From Octopus bimaculoides (taxonomy: Eukaryota): DNA of 63,473 nt. Every line of letters begins with the position of its first letter. Position 1 is the first letter of the stretch. The notes under the pieces were generated by a model that ran no database searches, was not told the DNA's origin, and saw nothing but the letters and a program-made list of their open reading frames with translations. Shown piece by piece: positions 63,114 through 63,473 of the stretch. The stretch spans positions 127,870,965 to 127,934,437 of the forward strand of contig NC_068982.1 in assembly GCF_001194135.2 (NCBI RefSeq), given 5' to 3'. A program made the translations under genes and the position numbers.

Positions 63114-63473
63114 GTGGAGGCGCAATGGCCCAGTGGTTAGGGCAGCGAACATAGGATTGCGGTTTCGATTCCTAGACCGGGCGTTGTGAGTGTTTATTGA
63201 GCGAAAACACCTAAAGCTCCACAAGGCTCCGGCAAGGGATGGTGGCAAACCCTGCTGTACTCTTCCACCACAACTTTCTCTCACTCTTTCTTCCTGTTTC
63301 TGTTGTACCTGTATTTCAAAGGGTCAGCCTTGTCACACTGTGTCTCGCTGAATATCCCCGAGAACTACATTAAGGGTACACGTGTCTGTGGAGTGCTCAG
63401 CCACTTGCACGTTAATTTCACGAGCAGGCTGTTCCGTTGATCGGATCAACTGGAACCCTCGACGTCGTAAGCA
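63114..63473 (+). mobile_element. tRNA-derived SINE family C, cut by the window edge
   Basis: Closely similar to 29471-29863, with a short deletion in the tRNA-like head. Confidence 0.95.

Overview
AT-rich, repeat-saturated eukaryotic DNA from a gapped draft assembly (11 N-gaps, most beside microsatellites or tandem repeats). The SINE families look like octopus tRNA-derived SINEs, so the source is probably Octopus (inference from recalled repeat families). Nearly all ORFs in the track are microsatellite, N-run or decayed-repeat artefacts. The only ORF with a clearly recognisable protein is a broken Helitron Pif1 helicase C-terminus (47.3-47.8 kb). The rest consists of: four SINE families (my labels A-D, about 50 copies or fragments, often nested); Penelope-like, RTE-like and CR1/L2-like retroelement fossils; hAT- and piggyBac-type MITEs; and micro/minisatellites. 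CpG is fairly well retained in the first ~11 kb and visibly depleted afterwards. That pattern fits a promoter near 6.8-7.9 kb followed by a methylated + strand gene body made of giant introns, for which I can only offer weak candidate exons. The most interesting structures are minimal hammerhead-ribozyme motifs (one well-paired with a variant core, two degenerate ones inside inverted repeats), a palindrome/hairpin cluster at 35.9-36.2 kb, possible recursive splice sites and modular or nested SINEs. I found no prokaryotic-type system, CRISPR array, rRNA or true tRNA gene, and nothing I can claim as a confirmed novel system. Boundaries of old repeats are approximate.
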